This document shows positions 40,930 to 52,762 of a stretch of DNA of 64,000 nt, piece after piece. The translations under genes and the position numbers were made by a program. Source of the stretch: an uncultured Chlamydiae bacterium (GTDB taxonomy: Bacteria; Chlamydiota; Chlamydiia; Chlamydiales; SM23-39); NCBI GenBank assembly GCA_963828125.1, contig CAWHDP010000002.1:704001-768000 (forward strand), read 5' to 3'. The notes below the pieces were generated by a model. That model ran no database searches and was not told where the DNA came from. It saw only the letters and a list, made by a program, of their open reading frames with translations. Position 1 is the stretch's first letter. The number at the start of each line of letters is the position of its first letter.

Positions 40930-41848
40930 CGCGGATCAAAGCGTCCAGGATGCCCGGCTCGCTCGCGGCGTGGCCTGCGTCTTGGATCAGTTCAAATGCA
41001 GCTTCAGGCCAAGCTCGGTGCAACTCCCAGGCGCTTTCCATAGGACAGACGATATCATAGCGCCCTTGGACGATGACGGCTGGAATATTCCGGACAGCGC
41101 CGACATGCTCGATGAGCCAATTATCGGTCTTAAAAAAACAATGATTTCTAAAATAGTGGCATTCGACTCGAGCTAGAGCGTCTGCGTGGGCGTCTGCCGT
41201 AAATTGGCGAAAGAGGGTCGGATCAAAAATGAGTTTCAAAGTCGCCCCTTCCCAGCTTGACCAGGCGGAGGCGGCCTTTTGCCTGATCGCAGGATCCTCC
41301 GAAGTGAGCCGCCGGTAATAAGCTTGGATGAGATCTCCCCGTTCGGAAGGGGGGATTGGCTCGAGATATTTCTCCCACTCGTCAGCAAAGAGGTGGTGTG
41401 CGCCAAATTGATAAAACCATCTGAGCTCTTTGGGCCTGCCGAGGAAAATACCTCGAAGCACAAGGGCTAAAACAGAGTCTGGATATGTTTCTCCGTAGGC
41501 GAGCGCAAGGGTACTGCCCCATGATCCGCCGAAAACGACCCATTTCTCAATCTTGAGGTGCTCTTTTAATGTTTCGATGTCAGAGACGAGATGCCAAGTA
41601 GTGTTCTCTTTGAGGCTCGAGTGGGGGGTGCTTTTGCCGCAGCCGCGCTGATCCATGAGGCAGATCCGGTAAATCTTCGGATCGAAATAACACCGGTGGC
41701 CCGGCTCCGTTCCCGATCCGGGGCCGCCATGGAGAAAAATCAGAGGAAGGCCATGGGGATTGCCGCTCTCTTCCCAATAGAGTTGATGGCCAGGGACTGT
41801 GAGAAAGCCGGTCCGATAGGGCTCAATGGGGGGATATTTGTGTCTCAT
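40892..41848 (-). CDS. pip: proline iminopeptidase
   Basis: HGGPGSG, DQRGCGKS, GGSWGS, GRYDIVCP, AGHAASE. Confidence 0.95.
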   Translation of the reverse strand: MRHKYPPIEPYRTGFLTVPGHQLYWEESGNPHGLPLIFLHGGPGSGTEPGHRCYFDPKIYRICLMDQRGCGKSTPHSSLKENTTWHLVSDIETLKEHLKIEKWVVFGGSWGSTLALAYGETYPDSVLALVLRGIFLGRPKELRWFYQFGAHHLFADEWEKYLEPIPPSERGDLIQAYYRRLTSEDPAIRQKAASAWSSWEGATLKLIFDPTLFRQFTADAHADALARVECHYFRNHCFFKTDNWLIEHVGAVRNIPAVIVQGRYDIVCPMESAWELHRAWPEAAFELIQDAGHAASEPGILDALIRATDDLGEILQIS

Positions 41849-43005
41849 TTTCTCGATTTATAGAAATAAAGGGGGCGGACAATCGGGGTCCCTTTGCCAT
41901 CGCGCGCCTCGAGCCTTTCGTAGACGATTTGGATCGCAATTCCGACAGAACGGGAGAGGCCAAAAAGGACTGTGTAATAGTCGGGGTAGGGAAAACCTGC
42001 CGCGGTCAACATGGAGCCGGTAATGGCGTCGATGTTTGGATAGGGATCTGATATTTTAGGGTTCTCTTTCAGCACCTTCGTCCCTTCCGTCCGGAGGAGA
42101 AGGGCGATTTTGACGAGCGGGTGGGTGGGAAAATGTTTTTGGCAGTAGTCATAGCAGACAGTGGCTCTAGCGTCTTCGACGCGAAGGACCGCGTGGCCAA
42201 AACCAAAGACAAGCTGGCCAGAGGCGAGTTTATCCCGAACCAGTTTTTCCACATCAGACGCTTTAGCCAGAGGACCGAGTTCATCAAGTACGCTCTGGGC
42301 AAATTCGAGACAATCTTGGTTGGCCCTCCCATGGCGGGGACCTGCGAGAGCGGCCATCGCGGCTGCCAGAGAACCGTACATTGGTTCGAGTCCCGAGGCG
42401 ACCGCTTTGCCGACAAAAGCCGAGAGATTGCCGCCGTCATGATCATAGTGGAGGGCGTTAAAAAGGCGCATCGCCTGAATCAATTCGGGGGTTTTTTTAC
42501 CGGGCAAATTCAGCATGTGGACAAAATTTTCGACATATCCCAATTCGGGCTGCGGCAGCGGGGTTGGACCCCACTTTGCGTGATTATTAATCACAGCGGC
42601 AGCGATTTGAGGCAGCTTGGCAATGACGTTCAGGCAATCTTCCCGGTAATCGCCAGTCCCCTCATACATCCCAACGATCAGAAGGGCGGCGGCCAATCCG
42701 TCCATCGCGTGTCCGGCGCGGGGAAGGGACTCTATCGCCCTGATGGTTTCCGGTTTACAAGAGGCTCTCTGATTGAGCATTCTTTGAAAATGGGCCACCT
42801 GCTCTAGCGACCCCAGCTCCCCGTAGTAAAGGAGGTAGATCAGCTCCATCGGTTCTTTGTCCGCGAGCTCCCCGATAGGGCGCCCTACATAAGTGAGCCC
42901 CTTCAGCGGGTCGACAAATGAAGTGACGCAGTAGCCGACAGGGACGCCCCTGAGACCTGTCTCAAGCGTTTCATTCGTGATCTCGAAAAGAACTTTCTCT
43001 TTCAC
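41845..43005 (-). CDS. gltA: citrate synthase
   Basis: [36 protein letters not shown]. Confidence 0.93.
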   Translation of the reverse strand: MKEKVLFEITNETLETGLRGVPVGYCVTSFVDPLKGLTYVGRPIGELADKEPMELIYLLYYGELGSLEQVAHFQRMLNQRASCKPETIRAIESLPRAGHAMDGLAAALLIVGMYEGTGDYREDCLNVIAKLPQIAAAVINNHAKWGPTPLPQPELGYVENFVHMLNLPGKKTPELIQAMRLFNALHYDHDGGNLSAFVGKAVASGLEPMYGSLAAAMAALAGPRHGRANQDCLEFAQSVLDELGPLAKASDVEKLVRDKLASGQLVFGFGHAVLRVEDARATVCYDYCQKHFPTHPLVKIALLLRTEGTKVLKENPKISDPYPNIDAITGSMLTAAGFPYPDYYTVLFGLSRSVGIAIQIVYERLEARDGKGTPIVRPLYFYKSRK

Positions 43006-43994
43006 CTCAATAACGCGCGCACTACATCGCGCTCCTCCATAAGCTCCTTTTGCGTGATAGCGATCTTTTCTTGCAAGAAAGAATCGATGTGGAGCCCCTT
43101 GACGATCTCAACATCCCCCCCCTCTCTCGATCTGCAAGGGAACGAGAAGACAAGATCTTCCTCGATCCCATATGGGTTGCCGTTAGAATAGAGTCCAGAA
43201 GAGAACCACCCCCCCTTGGAAGTCGGCTCAGTGATCGACTTTAAGGCCCACAACGCTGCATGGGCCGCCGACGCAGCTGACGACTTCCCCCTCGCCGCGA
43301 TCACCTCCGCCCCCCGCTTTTGTACGATCGGGACGAAATCGTGTTCCAGCCACTTCCGGTCAGGGATCCGCTCAGTAGCAGGCGCCCCGTCGATTTTGGC
43401 GTTGATGAAATCGGGCACTTGGGTCGAGGAGTGGTTGCCCCAAATGGTCATATGGGTCACCTGTTCTACGCCCACACGGGCCTTTGCCGCGAGTTGAAAG
43501 ACCCCCCGGTTTTGGTCGAGGCGGGTCATTGAGAAAAAGTGGTTGCGCGGTATATCGGGTGCGTGATGGATCGCGATCAGGCAGTTGGTGTTGCAAGGAT
43601 TGCCGACTACCAAGACGCGAACCCCTTTGCTCGCAGCGCGATTGAGGGCTCTTCCCTGTTCAACGAAAATTTTCCCGTTGTCCCCCAATAGATCCTTCCG
43701 TTCCATGCCAGGCCCTCGCGGCTTGGAACCCACTAAAAAAGCGTAATCGACCCCTCCGAAAAGCTCTTCGGCTACACTCCCGATCCGCACTTCCTTCAAT
43801 AAAGGGAAGACGCAATCGTCGAGCTCCATCTTGACCCCTTTAAGTGTTTCATTAAGAACAGGGAGATCCAATAAATGGAGGGCAACCGGCTGATCGGCGC
43901 CCAAAAAATCTCCCGCCGCGATTCGAAAAATGAGGCTATAGGCGATTTGGCCTGCAGCCCCCGTTACTGCAATTTTCTTCATCGGTTTATTCAT
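43002..43994 (-). CDS. mdh: malate dehydrogenase
   Basis: [43 protein letters not shown]. Confidence 0.96.
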   Translation of the reverse strand: MNKPMKKIAVTGAAGQIAYSLIFRIAAGDFLGADQPVALHLLDLPVLNETLKGVKMELDDCVFPLLKEVRIGSVAEELFGGVDYAFLVGSKPRGPGMERKDLLGDNGKIFVEQGRALNRAASKGVRVLVVGNPCNTNCLIAIHHAPDIPRNHFFSMTRLDQNRGVFQLAAKARVGVEQVTHMTIWGNHSSTQVPDFINAKIDGAPATERIPDRKWLEHDFVPIVQKRGAEVIAARGKSSAASAAHAALWALKSITEPTSKGGWFSSGLYSNGNPYGIEEDLVFSFPCRSREGGDVEIVKGLHIDSFLQEKIAITQKELMEERDVVRALLR

Positions 43995-44821
43995 GCGCCG
44001 CAAAATTTCTCCATTAACGCCCCCTTACAAAACACTTGGAAGCAATTTTCAGCTGCCGTATGCGCCTCTTCAAGCCACAGGGTAAACCCTTCGACGTCGG
44101 GAGGAGTCATCTCTCCAAAGGACTGGATGAGAGTCTGTTGGATAAAAGCAGGCTTCCCTTCGAACTGGCCCAAATTAGCGGCGATGGCGAGATTGGCTAC
44201 CGGTTTTTCTAAAACATAGGACAAATTGAGCCCAACCGCGTTCGGCCGCTCATTCAACCGGTTCAATTCGAACAACTCAGGATCCATTTCGATCTTCATA
44301 TGGAGTTTTTCAGCGAGAAACGAGAGGGGGTTTTCTCTTGCTATATCGAAGCGGATGCCGTTGACATAGCGGAGTTCCCCTTTCGTGAAGTTGAGAGGCA
44401 AGGACTGAACAGGGAAGAGCTCGACAAGCGACTCGACCGCACGGAGAGCCAGTGAACTGAAATGGTTCCATGAATATCCCTTTGCATCGTTGACTGTGAG
44501 GATGCCGGGTCCTACTTGAATGAGCGGGTAGCCATTTTTGTCTTTTCTCATCCGATGGCGGGGGACAAACGGGGTCATTTCAGGGTGAGCCTGAACGCTG
44601 GGAAGATCTTCGATAACGGGGAAATCTTTTTTCAATCGCTCATAAAGACGCCCATACATCATGGGGTAGGATGGGTCTCGCATCCGGCCGTTCTGCGGGT
44701 CGTTTTCAATCTCCCAGCGCACCTCGAAGATCGCTTCGAGAATGGGTGGGTGAAGAAGGATGGGGATTTGGTTTTTTTTGATTTTTTCAGATTTTAAATT
44801 TGGCAAGGGATCCTCCAACAA
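43991..44821 (-). CDS. TIGR04255 family protein
   Basis: [32 protein letters not shown]. Confidence 0.75.
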   Translation of the reverse strand: MLEDPLPNLKSEKIKKNQIPILLHPPILEAIFEVRWEIENDPQNGRMRDPSYPMMYGRLYERLKKDFPVIEDLPSVQAHPEMTPFVPRHRMRKDKNGYPLIQVGPGILTVNDAKGYSWNHFSSLALRAVESLVELFPVQSLPLNFTKGELRYVNGIRFDIARENPLSFLAEKLHMKIEMDPELFELNRLNERPNAVGLNLSYVLEKPVANLAIAANLGQFEGKPAFIQQTLIQSFGEMTPPDVEGFTLWLEEAHTAAENCFQVFCKGALMEKFCGA

Positions 44822-44854
44822 GTTATGAGATCCCTTTATACAAGATTCCCTTTT

Positions 44855-46753
44855 TTAATGGTAAATCTTTATGTTTTGTAGCAGCTTCTGACGGTACCAT
44901 GCAGTCCCTGTAATATTTTGCGTGGGAACTTGGGGCAGAGGATCTGCAGCTCTAAGCTCAAGCTTTTGTGAACATCTCTTCATATTCTCACGGTACTCTG
45001 CTAAACTATCGCCGTCGAGGGACCCATCCTCTGCTGCCACCTCCTCCATCTTGTGATAGCACTTCAAAGCCTCTTCAAATCTGCCTAATTTTGCCAAGCT
45101 GTTTGCCATATCGCCATAGATTCCGGCTTGCACCCATCTATCAGTGTCCGCCGCAAAGAGCTCCTCCCCTTGTTGCAAGGCTCTCAACGCCTCTTCGAAC
45201 TTCCCTAAATTTGCAAGGCCTCTCCCTACATTTCTATGGCTCTCGATCATCTTAGGGTGCTCCTTGCCATAGGATTGTTCCCGCAGCTGCAGTACCTTTT
45301 GAACGCTTTCGAGCGCCTCTTCGTGCCGATCGACCCGGGTCAGGGTAATCGCTGCGCAGTTCAAGCTCCTTATTTTCTCTTCGATATTCAGATGCGTGTT
45401 TGCCGCTGCAAGGTAAAACTGCACCGCCTCTCCAAGGAAATTTGGGGCTTCGGTGAGCCAGAATCCTACATCATCGAGGAGTTTTCCTCGGAGTGATGAG
45501 GAAGCTTGAGACCATCGAGGACTTTTCTGCAGGGTATTGATGTTGAAAACGACATCCTCTGGCCGCCAGTTTTGGAAAATAGGAGGATTCCTTGGCTCTG
45601 TTAGGAGGTTGAAGAGGTCATCAAAACCATTTCGTATCTCTGGGAAATCCTTCTCAATGATGCGCATAGGCAAGCGTAAACTGAGAACATTTTGGTCGTA
45701 TACAACGGGAAGGTGGAGGGAAAATGCATTGAGGACTTCTTCTTTCACCTCTGGCAGATCTTCCATTTTCACCTTATGGTATCGCTGCAACCATGACTCT
45801 AGAAAAGGGATGGGAATCTGGGCAAGATTTAGATGAACGATGCAGTTAAGGAAGTCGCGGGCACATGAATGACGCCCCTCCAGAGACTTAAAACTCTTTC
45901 GAACGATTTTAACCAGGAGCTGAGAGTCGCTAGTGTTTACGGTATTGCGGCCCAATTCAATCTGGCGGAAGTAATCCTGAACACCGTATCCCTGACTGCA
46001 CATCTCCTTAATGGCCAAGATGATCAGAATGGGTCGATCTCCAAATTGCTCTAGCCCTGGGTCTAAGATTCCACGATATCCGAGCTTCCTCGCAAGCTCT
46101 TCAATGGCCTGACTAGTGAGAGAGGGAACGGATAAAATTTGTATCCATCTGAGTCCATATAGAGACTCAAATTTAATTGCAGTCGAAAGAAAACGGGCTT
46201 TTGGAAATCTCTCTGTGTCTTGTCTTGGATGCCCCATAAGATTTTTGAAAACAAAGAGATAGAGCTTATCATTAAACTTAGGCGCCAACTGCTCCATGTG
46301 TTGATACAGAACAGTTTGGTTTTCATGGTCGGTCTTTGTTTTATCGACAGGGATCTGAAGGCGTCTTGCAAGGTCAACATAGCTTTGATTCAGGGCGCTA
46401 TTGTCCTCGCCGTTGAAGCACCAAATGAAAAAAAATCGGTCTTTGTATCTCTTGGCAAACTGCCTAACACATTCCCCCTTGCCAATCCCATGAGCGCCGG
46501 TGAGCAAGTGCGGACGGGAGGTATTAGCTTCGCCGGCGCTGGGAAAGAAATTCTCGGCAAGTTTTGCGAATAACTGCTCCCGCCCCGCAAAGTGGGGGCT
46601 ACAGCCCAGAAGATAGGTCGCTGACAAAGAGGTGTTTAAAGGGAGCGGGCGGGGAGGAGCGGGCTGTGAAGTCGTTTGGGAACGATCCTCTTTGCTCTCT
46701 TCTCTATGATGATACTGGGCGCCTTGCGGTCTCGTGTTTATAGGTTGAGACAT
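44855..46753 (-). CDS. NB-ARC-like (STAND) ATPase with C-terminal tetratricopeptide repeats
   Basis: FAGRE, LTGAHGIGKG, IWCFN; TPR units such as GRGLANLGKFEEAL and ANSLAKLGRFEEAL. Confidence 0.8.
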   Translation of the reverse strand: MSQPINTRPQGAQYHHREESKEDRSQTTSQPAPPRPLPLNTSLSATYLLGCSPHFAGREQLFAKLAENFFPSAGEANTSRPHLLTGAHGIGKGECVRQFAKRYKDRFFFIWCFNGEDNSALNQSYVDLARRLQIPVDKTKTDHENQTVLYQHMEQLAPKFNDKLYLFVFKNLMGHPRQDTERFPKARFLSTAIKFESLYGLRWIQILSVPSLTSQAIEELARKLGYRGILDPGLEQFGDRPILIILAIKEMCSQGYGVQDYFRQIELGRNTVNTSDSQLLVKIVRKSFKSLEGRHSCARDFLNCIVHLNLAQIPIPFLESWLQRYHKVKMEDLPEVKEEVLNAFSLHLPVVYDQNVLSLRLPMRIIEKDFPEIRNGFDDLFNLLTEPRNPPIFQNWRPEDVVFNINTLQKSPRWSQASSSLRGKLLDDVGFWLTEAPNFLGEAVQFYLAAANTHLNIEEKIRSLNCAAITLTRVDRHEEALESVQKVLQLREQSYGKEHPKMIESHRNVGRGLANLGKFEEALRALQQGEELFAADTDRWVQAGIYGDMANSLAKLGRFEEALKCYHKMEEVAAEDGSLDGDSLAEYRENMKRCSQKLELRAADPLPQVPTQNITGTAWYRQKLLQNIKIYH

Positions 46754-46787
46754 AAAAAAAATCTCTTCAGTTTATTGTTTTTTATTA

Positions 46788-46857
46788 AAATGGCCAATGT
46801 CTAGCCCGTATTTCTCGCGTCTGTGTGAGAAATGCGGGGCTATACTGCGGCCGCCCC
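46788..46857. repeat. stack of three repeat families: B core, family E palindrome, left arm of family A
   Basis: AAATGGCCAATGTCTA + TAGCCCGTATTTCTCGC..GTGTGAGAAATGCGGGGCTA + TATACTGCGGCCGCCCC. Confidence 0.8.
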
Positions 46858-47691
46858 CTGAAAGCTCTGTTCGATCGCATCTGTGTAAGCGTTCGATGGG
46901 TTGCCGTCAATCCCTTGATAATCGCGATCAGCATCCCAAATAAACACCCCAACGAGTCCTTCCGATTTCGCGAAGGCAGCTAAATTGGCTGCATCGCTAA
47001 CCGATAGATCATGCCCCATGTCATCTTTACCAGGCATCAGGCCAAGATTGATCTGGCTAGGATCCACGCCGCTGGCGATTAAAGACTGGATATCCGCTTT
47101 AATTTGATCCACATAATTCGAACCAGGCCAAATATCGTATTCCATAATATTAAATTGAGTTACGTCACCTTTAACAAAAGGGAGAATATTGGTATAAACA
47201 TAGCTATCTTGTCCTGGAATTGTCAACGAAATACTCTTATCGGGACCTAAATCGGTTCGTAAAGAGTGAATAAACGCAATTTCGTCTTGAGGATTGGGAG
47301 CATCTTCGATATCTAAATCGAGCCCATCCAGATTAAATTGTTTCACAGTTTGAGCCGCAAGAGCAGCTGTCTCTGCATTCATATGCCCGCTGGCTCCATA
47401 GGTCGCTCCTCCCAAAGCGAGTTTGACCTTGCCCCCTTTTGCATGAATCTCATCAATGGCCGTCTGAAAATCGGCGAGGCTCATCTGCAATCCGCCAATT
47501 CCAGTAATGTTTCCAGACGGATCCGTTGAAAAGGTAAAGTTCCCAAATGAAATATCGACCGTTGCACCCGGCTTAAAATTCGGATCGTTTAAAAAGGCGT
47601 TGAGGGCTTTTTGCCAATTACCGTCCCAACTTTCTAAATAAGTTTCAAAACTGGGAGAAGAAGACGAATTAACTGGATTAATGCCTGACAT
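46840..47691 (-). CDS. glycoside hydrolase family 18 (chitinase-like) protein
   Basis: KVKLALGGA, LDGLDLDIE, NIMEYD, GVFIW; C-terminal GAAAV and stop lie in the family A arm. Confidence 0.9.
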   Translation of the reverse strand: MSGINPVNSSSSPSFETYLESWDGNWQKALNAFLNDPNFKPGATVDISFGNFTFSTDPSGNITGIGGLQMSLADFQTAIDEIHAKGGKVKLALGGATYGASGHMNAETAALAAQTVKQFNLDGLDLDIEDAPNPQDEIAFIHSLRTDLGPDKSISLTIPGQDSYVYTNILPFVKGDVTQFNIMEYDIWPGSNYVDQIKADIQSLIASGVDPSQINLGLMPGKDDMGHDLSVSDAANLAAFAKSEGLVGVFIWDADRDYQGIDGNPSNAYTDAIEQSFQGAAAV

Positions 47692-47852
47692 TTTTACCTC
47701 GTTGTTATTATATATGACCAGTTTACAATAAATTTATTAACAAAAAAATTCAATATAATACCGTTATTTATTGACTCTCTCTAGCCAAAATTTACAAATA
47801 ACTTGTCAACTCGGTGTTGTCTTTTTATCAGCCGATCGGTTATGGGTAGGGC

Positions 47853-49241
47853 ATGAGCCGAAACCGAACCGAAACCGATAGCATGGGCAAAATCGATGTC
47901 CCTGCTGACAAGTATTATGGTGCGCAGACTATGCGCTCCCTCATCCACTTTGCCATCGGCAGGGATAGGATGCCGCCTGAACTCATCGAATCGTTCGGCG
48001 TCTTAAAAAAGGCGGCAGCTCTCGTCAATTACAAGCTCGGCAAGCTCGATAAAAAAAGGATGCGTCTGATCGTCCGGGCAGCAGAGGAGGTCATTACAGG
48101 GAAACTCCACTCCCACTTCCCTCTCAGCATCTGGCAAACGGGTAGCGGCACCCAGACAAATATGAATGTCAACGAGGTGATTTCGAATCGGGCGATTGAA
48201 CTCGCGGGCGGAAAAATGGGGAGCAAAGACCCGATCCACCCGAATGACCACGTAAATATGTCCCAATCGTCTAATGACACTTTCCCAACGGCGATGCATA
48301 TCGCCGCTGCGATCGCGATCGACCGGACTCTCCTCCCCTCTCTCATTGCTTTGCGGAACGCCCTTGCCAAAAAAGCGCAACAGTTTACCCGGATCGTAAA
48401 AATTGGCCGGACCCATCTTCAAGACGCAACGCCGTTAACGCTCGGTCAGGAATTTTCTGGCTATGTCGATCTCATCGATCAAGACGTCAAACGGATCCGA
48501 TTGGCTTTCAACGGGCTGCTCGATCTGGCCATCGGCGGATCGGCAGTTGGGACAGGACTGAACACCCATCCCCGCTTCGCCGCTATGGCAGCCCAACAAA
48601 TCAAAGCACTCACTGGACTCCCCTTCCGCTCTCACCACAATAAATTTGCCGCCTTATCTGCCCATGACGAAATTGTATTTGCCAGCGGCGCTCTTAAAAC
48701 GACCGCCTGCTCTTTGATGAAAATCGGAAACGACGTCCGGTGGCTCGGCTCGGGGCCTCGCTGCGGTCTAAGCGAGCTGTTTCTGCCGGAAAATGAACCC
48801 GGATCGTCTATTATGCCCGGCAAAATCAATCCAACCCAATGCGAAGCGCTCACCATGGTTGCGGCCCAAGTCCTCGGCAACGATGTCGCGATCGGCATTG
48901 CCGGATCGCAGGGAAACTTCGAGCTCAATGTCTTCAAACCGGTGATGATTTTCAATCTCCTCCATTCCATCCTCCTCCTTTCCGATAGCTGTGAAATGTT
49001 CCGGAAATACTGTATCGATGGGCTCAAACCCAATGAAAAAAAGATCGCCGAATATGTGAAAAACTCGCTTATGCTCATCACCGCGTTGAATCCGGTTCTC
49101 GGCTATGACAAGTGCGCACAAATCTCCAAATTGGCCTATGAAAAGGATCTTTCTCTCAAAGAGGCCTGCCTTGAATTGGGCTATTTAAGCAGCGATGCAT
49201 TCGATCGGGCGATGAATCTTAAAAAAATGACCCACCCATGA
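47853..49241 (+). CDS. fumC: fumarate hydratase class II
   Basis: [37 protein letters not shown]. Confidence 0.98.
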   Translation: MSRNRTETDSMGKIDVPADKYYGAQTMRSLIHFAIGRDRMPPELIESFGVLKKAAALVNYKLGKLDKKRMRLIVRAAEEVITGKLHSHFPLSIWQTGSGTQTNMNVNEVISNRAIELAGGKMGSKDPIHPNDHVNMSQSSNDTFPTAMHIAAAIAIDRTLLPSLIALRNALAKKAQQFTRIVKIGRTHLQDATPLTLGQEFSGYVDLIDQDVKRIRLAFNGLLDLAIGGSAVGTGLNTHPRFAAMAAQQIKALTGLPFRSHHNKFAALSAHDEIVFASGALKTTACSLMKIGNDVRWLGSGPRCGLSELFLPENEPGSSIMPGKINPTQCEALTMVAAQVLGNDVAIGIAGSQGNFELNVFKPVMIFNLLHSILLLSDSCEMFRKYCIDGLKPNEKKIAEYVKNSLMLITALNPVLGYDKCAQISKLAYEKDLSLKEACLELGYLSSDAFDRAMNLKKMTHP

Positions 49242-50905
49242 TCTCCACTCTGCGAGGAAGAGCCCTGTTGCGATCCCCTCTATTCAATAAGGGGACCGCC
49301 TTTTCTAAAGAAGAGCGGAACGCATTCGGCTTAATCGGCCTCCTTCCAGCAGAGATGGAAACACTTGATATACAAGAACTTAGAGCTTATGAAGCTTATA
49401 AAAAAAAATCGACCGATATCGGCCGCCATGTCTTTTTGCGCGAGCTGCAAGATCAAAATGAGACCCTTTTTTACCGGCTCCTCACTCGCCACATCGCCGA
49501 AATGCTTCCGATCGTCTACACACCCGTCGTAGGCTCAGCCTGCCAGCAATTCCACGAGATCTACCGGCACCCCCGCGGACTCTTCATCTCTTATCCGGAA
49601 AGGGATCGGATGGATGAGATCATAGCCAATATCGATCTTCCCGACGTGTTGGTGATCGTCGCCAGCGACGGCGAAAGGGTTCTAGGGCTTGGCGACCAAG
49701 GGATCGGCGGCATGGGGATCTCGATTGGGAAAATTTCCCTCTATACAGCTTGCGGAGGGCTCTATCCGGGGTTCGGTCTTCCAGTTATTTTAGATACGGG
49801 AACGGATAACGAAGAGCGTCTTAAGGACCCCCTCTATCTAGGATGGAGACATAAACGGATCCGGGGCCAGGAGTACGACCATTTTGTCGATAGGTTCGTC
49901 AAAGCGATCGTCAAGCGGTACCCCAACGTCCTCTTACAGTGGGAAGATTTTGCGACAGATCAGGCAAGAGCCCTTTTAGAGCGCTACAAGAACCAACTCT
50001 GCACATTTAACGACGATATCCAAGGGACTGCCGCCGTCGCAATCGGAGGGTTGCTCGCCGCTCTCAAAGTCAATGGAACCGCCATTGGTGAAGCGGAGAT
50101 TGTGATCTTCGGCGGCGGTTCGGCAGGAACCGGAATCGCGGAACAAATCGTACTGGCCATGATGGAAAACGGCCTGACTCCAGAAGAGGCCCGTAGGCAT
50201 ATTTGGATGATCGATAGAGGGGGTTTGATTCACAGCGGGATGGAGCGGCTCTCCTCCGCCCAACAACTCTACGCCCAACCCCAAGAGGCAGTCCGCTCAA
50301 TTGGAATGGATCTCTCACAACCCATACGACTCGAAGAGGTCATTGAAAAAATCCACCCTGAGGCGCTCATTGGCGTATCGGCCGCAACCGGCGCTTTTTC
50401 AGAAAAAGCCATTCGCCTCATAGCCAAATATGTCCCCCGCCCGATTATTTTTCCCCTCTCAAATCCCGACAGCAAATCGGAAGCGGCGCCAGCCGATCTC
50501 ATCCACTGGACCGATGGAAAAGCGTTAATTGCCACCGGCACCCCCTTTCCCGACGTCGTTTATAAAGGGAAAACTTATCAGATCGACCAATGCAATAACT
50601 ACTACATTTTCCCCGCGATCGGCCTCGGCGTCCTCGCATCGAAGGCCCGGCGGATCACTCCGCATATGTTCTTGGCCGCCGCAAAACGGCTCTCCGAACT
50701 TTCCCCCATTTTGAAAAATCGGGAAGCGCATCTCTTTCCCAACGTAGGATTAGCAAAGGAAATGGCTAAACAATTGGCATTGGTCATCGGCATGCAGGCG
50801 CAAAAAGAGGGAGTGGCCGAAAAGAGTTCTGAGGCGGCATTGCAAAAAGCGATCGATCAGATTTTTTGGGAACCGGCATATGTTAAATCAGGTCCTGCAA
50901 AATAG
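49238..50905 (+). CDS. maeA: NAD-dependent malic enzyme
   Basis: [42 protein letters not shown]. Confidence 0.95.
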   Translation: MISTLRGRALLRSPLFNKGTAFSKEERNAFGLIGLLPAEMETLDIQELRAYEAYKKKSTDIGRHVFLRELQDQNETLFYRLLTRHIAEMLPIVYTPVVGSACQQFHEIYRHPRGLFISYPERDRMDEIIANIDLPDVLVIVASDGERVLGLGDQGIGGMGISIGKISLYTACGGLYPGFGLPVILDTGTDNEERLKDPLYLGWRHKRIRGQEYDHFVDRFVKAIVKRYPNVLLQWEDFATDQARALLERYKNQLCTFNDDIQGTAAVAIGGLLAALKVNGTAIGEAEIVIFGGGSAGTGIAEQIVLAMMENGLTPEEARRHIWMIDRGGLIHSGMERLSSAQQLYAQPQEAVRSIGMDLSQPIRLEEVIEKIHPEALIGVSAATGAFSEKAIRLIAKYVPRPIIFPLSNPDSKSEAAPADLIHWTDGKALIATGTPFPDVVYKGKTYQIDQCNNYYIFPAIGLGVLASKARRITPHMFLAAAKRLSELSPILKNREAHLFPNVGLAKEMAKQLALVIGMQAQKEGVAEKSSEAALQKAIDQIFWEPAYVKSGPAK

Positions 50906-52007
50906 CTGCCCGGTATTGTTTCATCAATGTGACCATGAAATGCAAATTATGCACCGTCGCGAGCGTATAGGCCGTCAACTCTTTCGCCTTAAACAAGTGA
51001 TGAAGATAAGCGAGGGTGAAATTTTGACAGGTCCAACAGGTACAATCCCGCTCGATCGGAGCAAAATGGTTCCCATGTTCTCCCCGCTCAGCTTTCATTC
51101 CCCCTTCCGCTGTTAAGAGGAGGCCGTGGCGCGCCGCCCGAGTCGGATAAGAGCTATCGAACGTATCGATTCCGAGCGGCACGCACTGCTCAAGCGAACT
51201 CAAATCGCCGATCCCCAGCAAGTGATTCGGACGCTCCGGCGGCAGCTGCGGCAAAAGGGCTGTGAGCATCTCGACCATCTCCGGCTTCGTCTTCCCCAAA
51301 GACCCCCCGATCGCAAAACCGTCAAAAGGCAAGGCGCTCAACGTTTCACAGCTCTCCCTTCTCAGCTCTGGATCGACGCCCCCATGGATCACAGCATACA
51401 TCGCCTGCTCCTGTCGATTTTTCAAATGCTCCTCCAAAGAGCGCTTTTCCCAGCGGTGCGTCCTCTCCAAAATCCGCTTCAACGGATCGGAGCCGATATG
51501 ATACGGAGGCAGTTCGTCAAACGGGATGATGATATCGGCGCCGAGCGCCTTTTGCGTCTGAACCGACGTCTCTGGCGTGAGCAAAACCTTCGATCCGTCC
51601 CGGTATGAGCGGAAATGGACCCCCTCCTCCGAGATTTTCAACACGTGCCCACCCTGCTTTTTTGCCCCTCTGCTCTTCAATTCATCGGCCACCGAACCAT
51701 AAGCGAGGGAAAAGACCTGAAAGCCTCCCGAATCGGTGATGATCGGCATCTGCCGGTTGATGAACTTGTGGAGTCCTCCCGCCCGACGGATCACATCGGG
51801 GCCCGGTTGTAAGAGGAGATGATAGGTATTGCAGAACATGAGTTGCAATCCGATCGAATCGACCATCCGGTTATCGAGCCCCTTCAACGTCCCGTTCGTC
51901 CCCACCCCGACGAAATTCGGCGTATCGATCACGCCGTGCGGCGTGTGGATTCGACCCACCCGCGCCCGCGATCTTTTCGACTGGTGGATGAGTTCAAACC
52001 GAAACAT
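50883..52007 (-). CDS. tgt: tRNA-guanine transglycosylase
   Basis: CNTYHL, TDSGGFQVFSL, HLLGIG, DTFDS..PTR, CTCWTC zinc site. Confidence 0.96.
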   Translation of the reverse strand: MFRFELIHQSKRSRARVGRIHTPHGVIDTPNFVGVGTNGTLKGLDNRMVDSIGLQLMFCNTYHLLLQPGPDVIRRAGGLHKFINRQMPIITDSGGFQVFSLAYGSVADELKSRGAKKQGGHVLKISEEGVHFRSYRDGSKVLLTPETSVQTQKALGADIIIPFDELPPYHIGSDPLKRILERTHRWEKRSLEEHLKNRQEQAMYAVIHGGVDPELRRESCETLSALPFDGFAIGGSLGKTKPEMVEMLTALLPQLPPERPNHLLGIGDLSSLEQCVPLGIDTFDSSYPTRAARHGLLLTAEGGMKAERGEHGNHFAPIERDCTCWTCQNFTLAYLHHLFKAKELTAYTLATVHNLHFMVTLMKQYRAAILQDLI

Positions 52008-52650
52008 CGCCCCTCACAAATCGTTTTGAAAAAGCGACAAAAGGAGAACTGAGCGCAATGATGAGGCATTTAATCAGGAAACTGACCAAGATGATATCGA
52101 AAAGCGACTCGACAAGCCCATAAAGGCCAAAAAAGCTAAAAAGAATCGTATCGAGGAGCTGCGAAGAGAGGAGCGAGAGGGCCACCCGAACGGGAAGAGC
52201 CCCTTTGAGCAGCCCAAAAAACCGGACGTCGAACTGCTGAATCAAATAAAACGTCCCAATCGATGAGAAAACGATCCGGACCGATTGAGAAAAAATCGTC
52301 TGAAACGCCCCATGAGTCGTATCGGAGACTGTCGGCGCGTAGAGCAAATGGATTTGAGACATGAATGCAAAAAACAATAGAGTCAATAGAGAAATATTCA
52401 CAGCCTGTTTAGCCGCCTCTTTGCCATAATACTCTTGCAGTAGATTCAAAGACAAAATCCCGCCGATAGCAAACACGTCGCTACAAGTGACCGAAAACCC
52501 CAAAAAAAACATTTGCTTCACTACAAAGAGATTCGCAAGGACGCCCTGCAAAGAGATCAAGGCGATTAAAGCCCCTTTTCCCAAACGCAAAGAGGCAAGG
52601 ACAAACCCTAAAACCACAAGGACATGGAGCAAAAAAATAGATTCATTCAT
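51994..52650 (-). CDS. yhhQ: queuosine precursor transporter (YhhQ/VUT family)
   Basis: ANLFVVKQ, E.YG, QQFDV, SQLLDT; upstream of tgt. Confidence 0.88.
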   Translation of the reverse strand: MNESIFLLHVLVVLGFVLASLRLGKGALIALISLQGVLANLFVVKQMFFLGFSVTCSDVFAIGGILSLNLLQEYYGKEAAKQAVNISLLTLLFFAFMSQIHLLYAPTVSDTTHGAFQTIFSQSVRIVFSSIGTFYLIQQFDVRFFGLLKGALPVRVALSLLSSQLLDTILFSFFGLYGLVESLFDIILVSFLIKCLIIALSSPFVAFSKRFVRGDVSV

Positions 52651-52762
52651 AAAATTTCATTAAAGAAAATCTGACGTGAGTATAAACTTAACGAACATAA
52701 TTTTGGAGGGAAAAAATTGATCGCCTCTTGCCTGATAGCCCCCTGCGTGGTATGCTCTTAGC

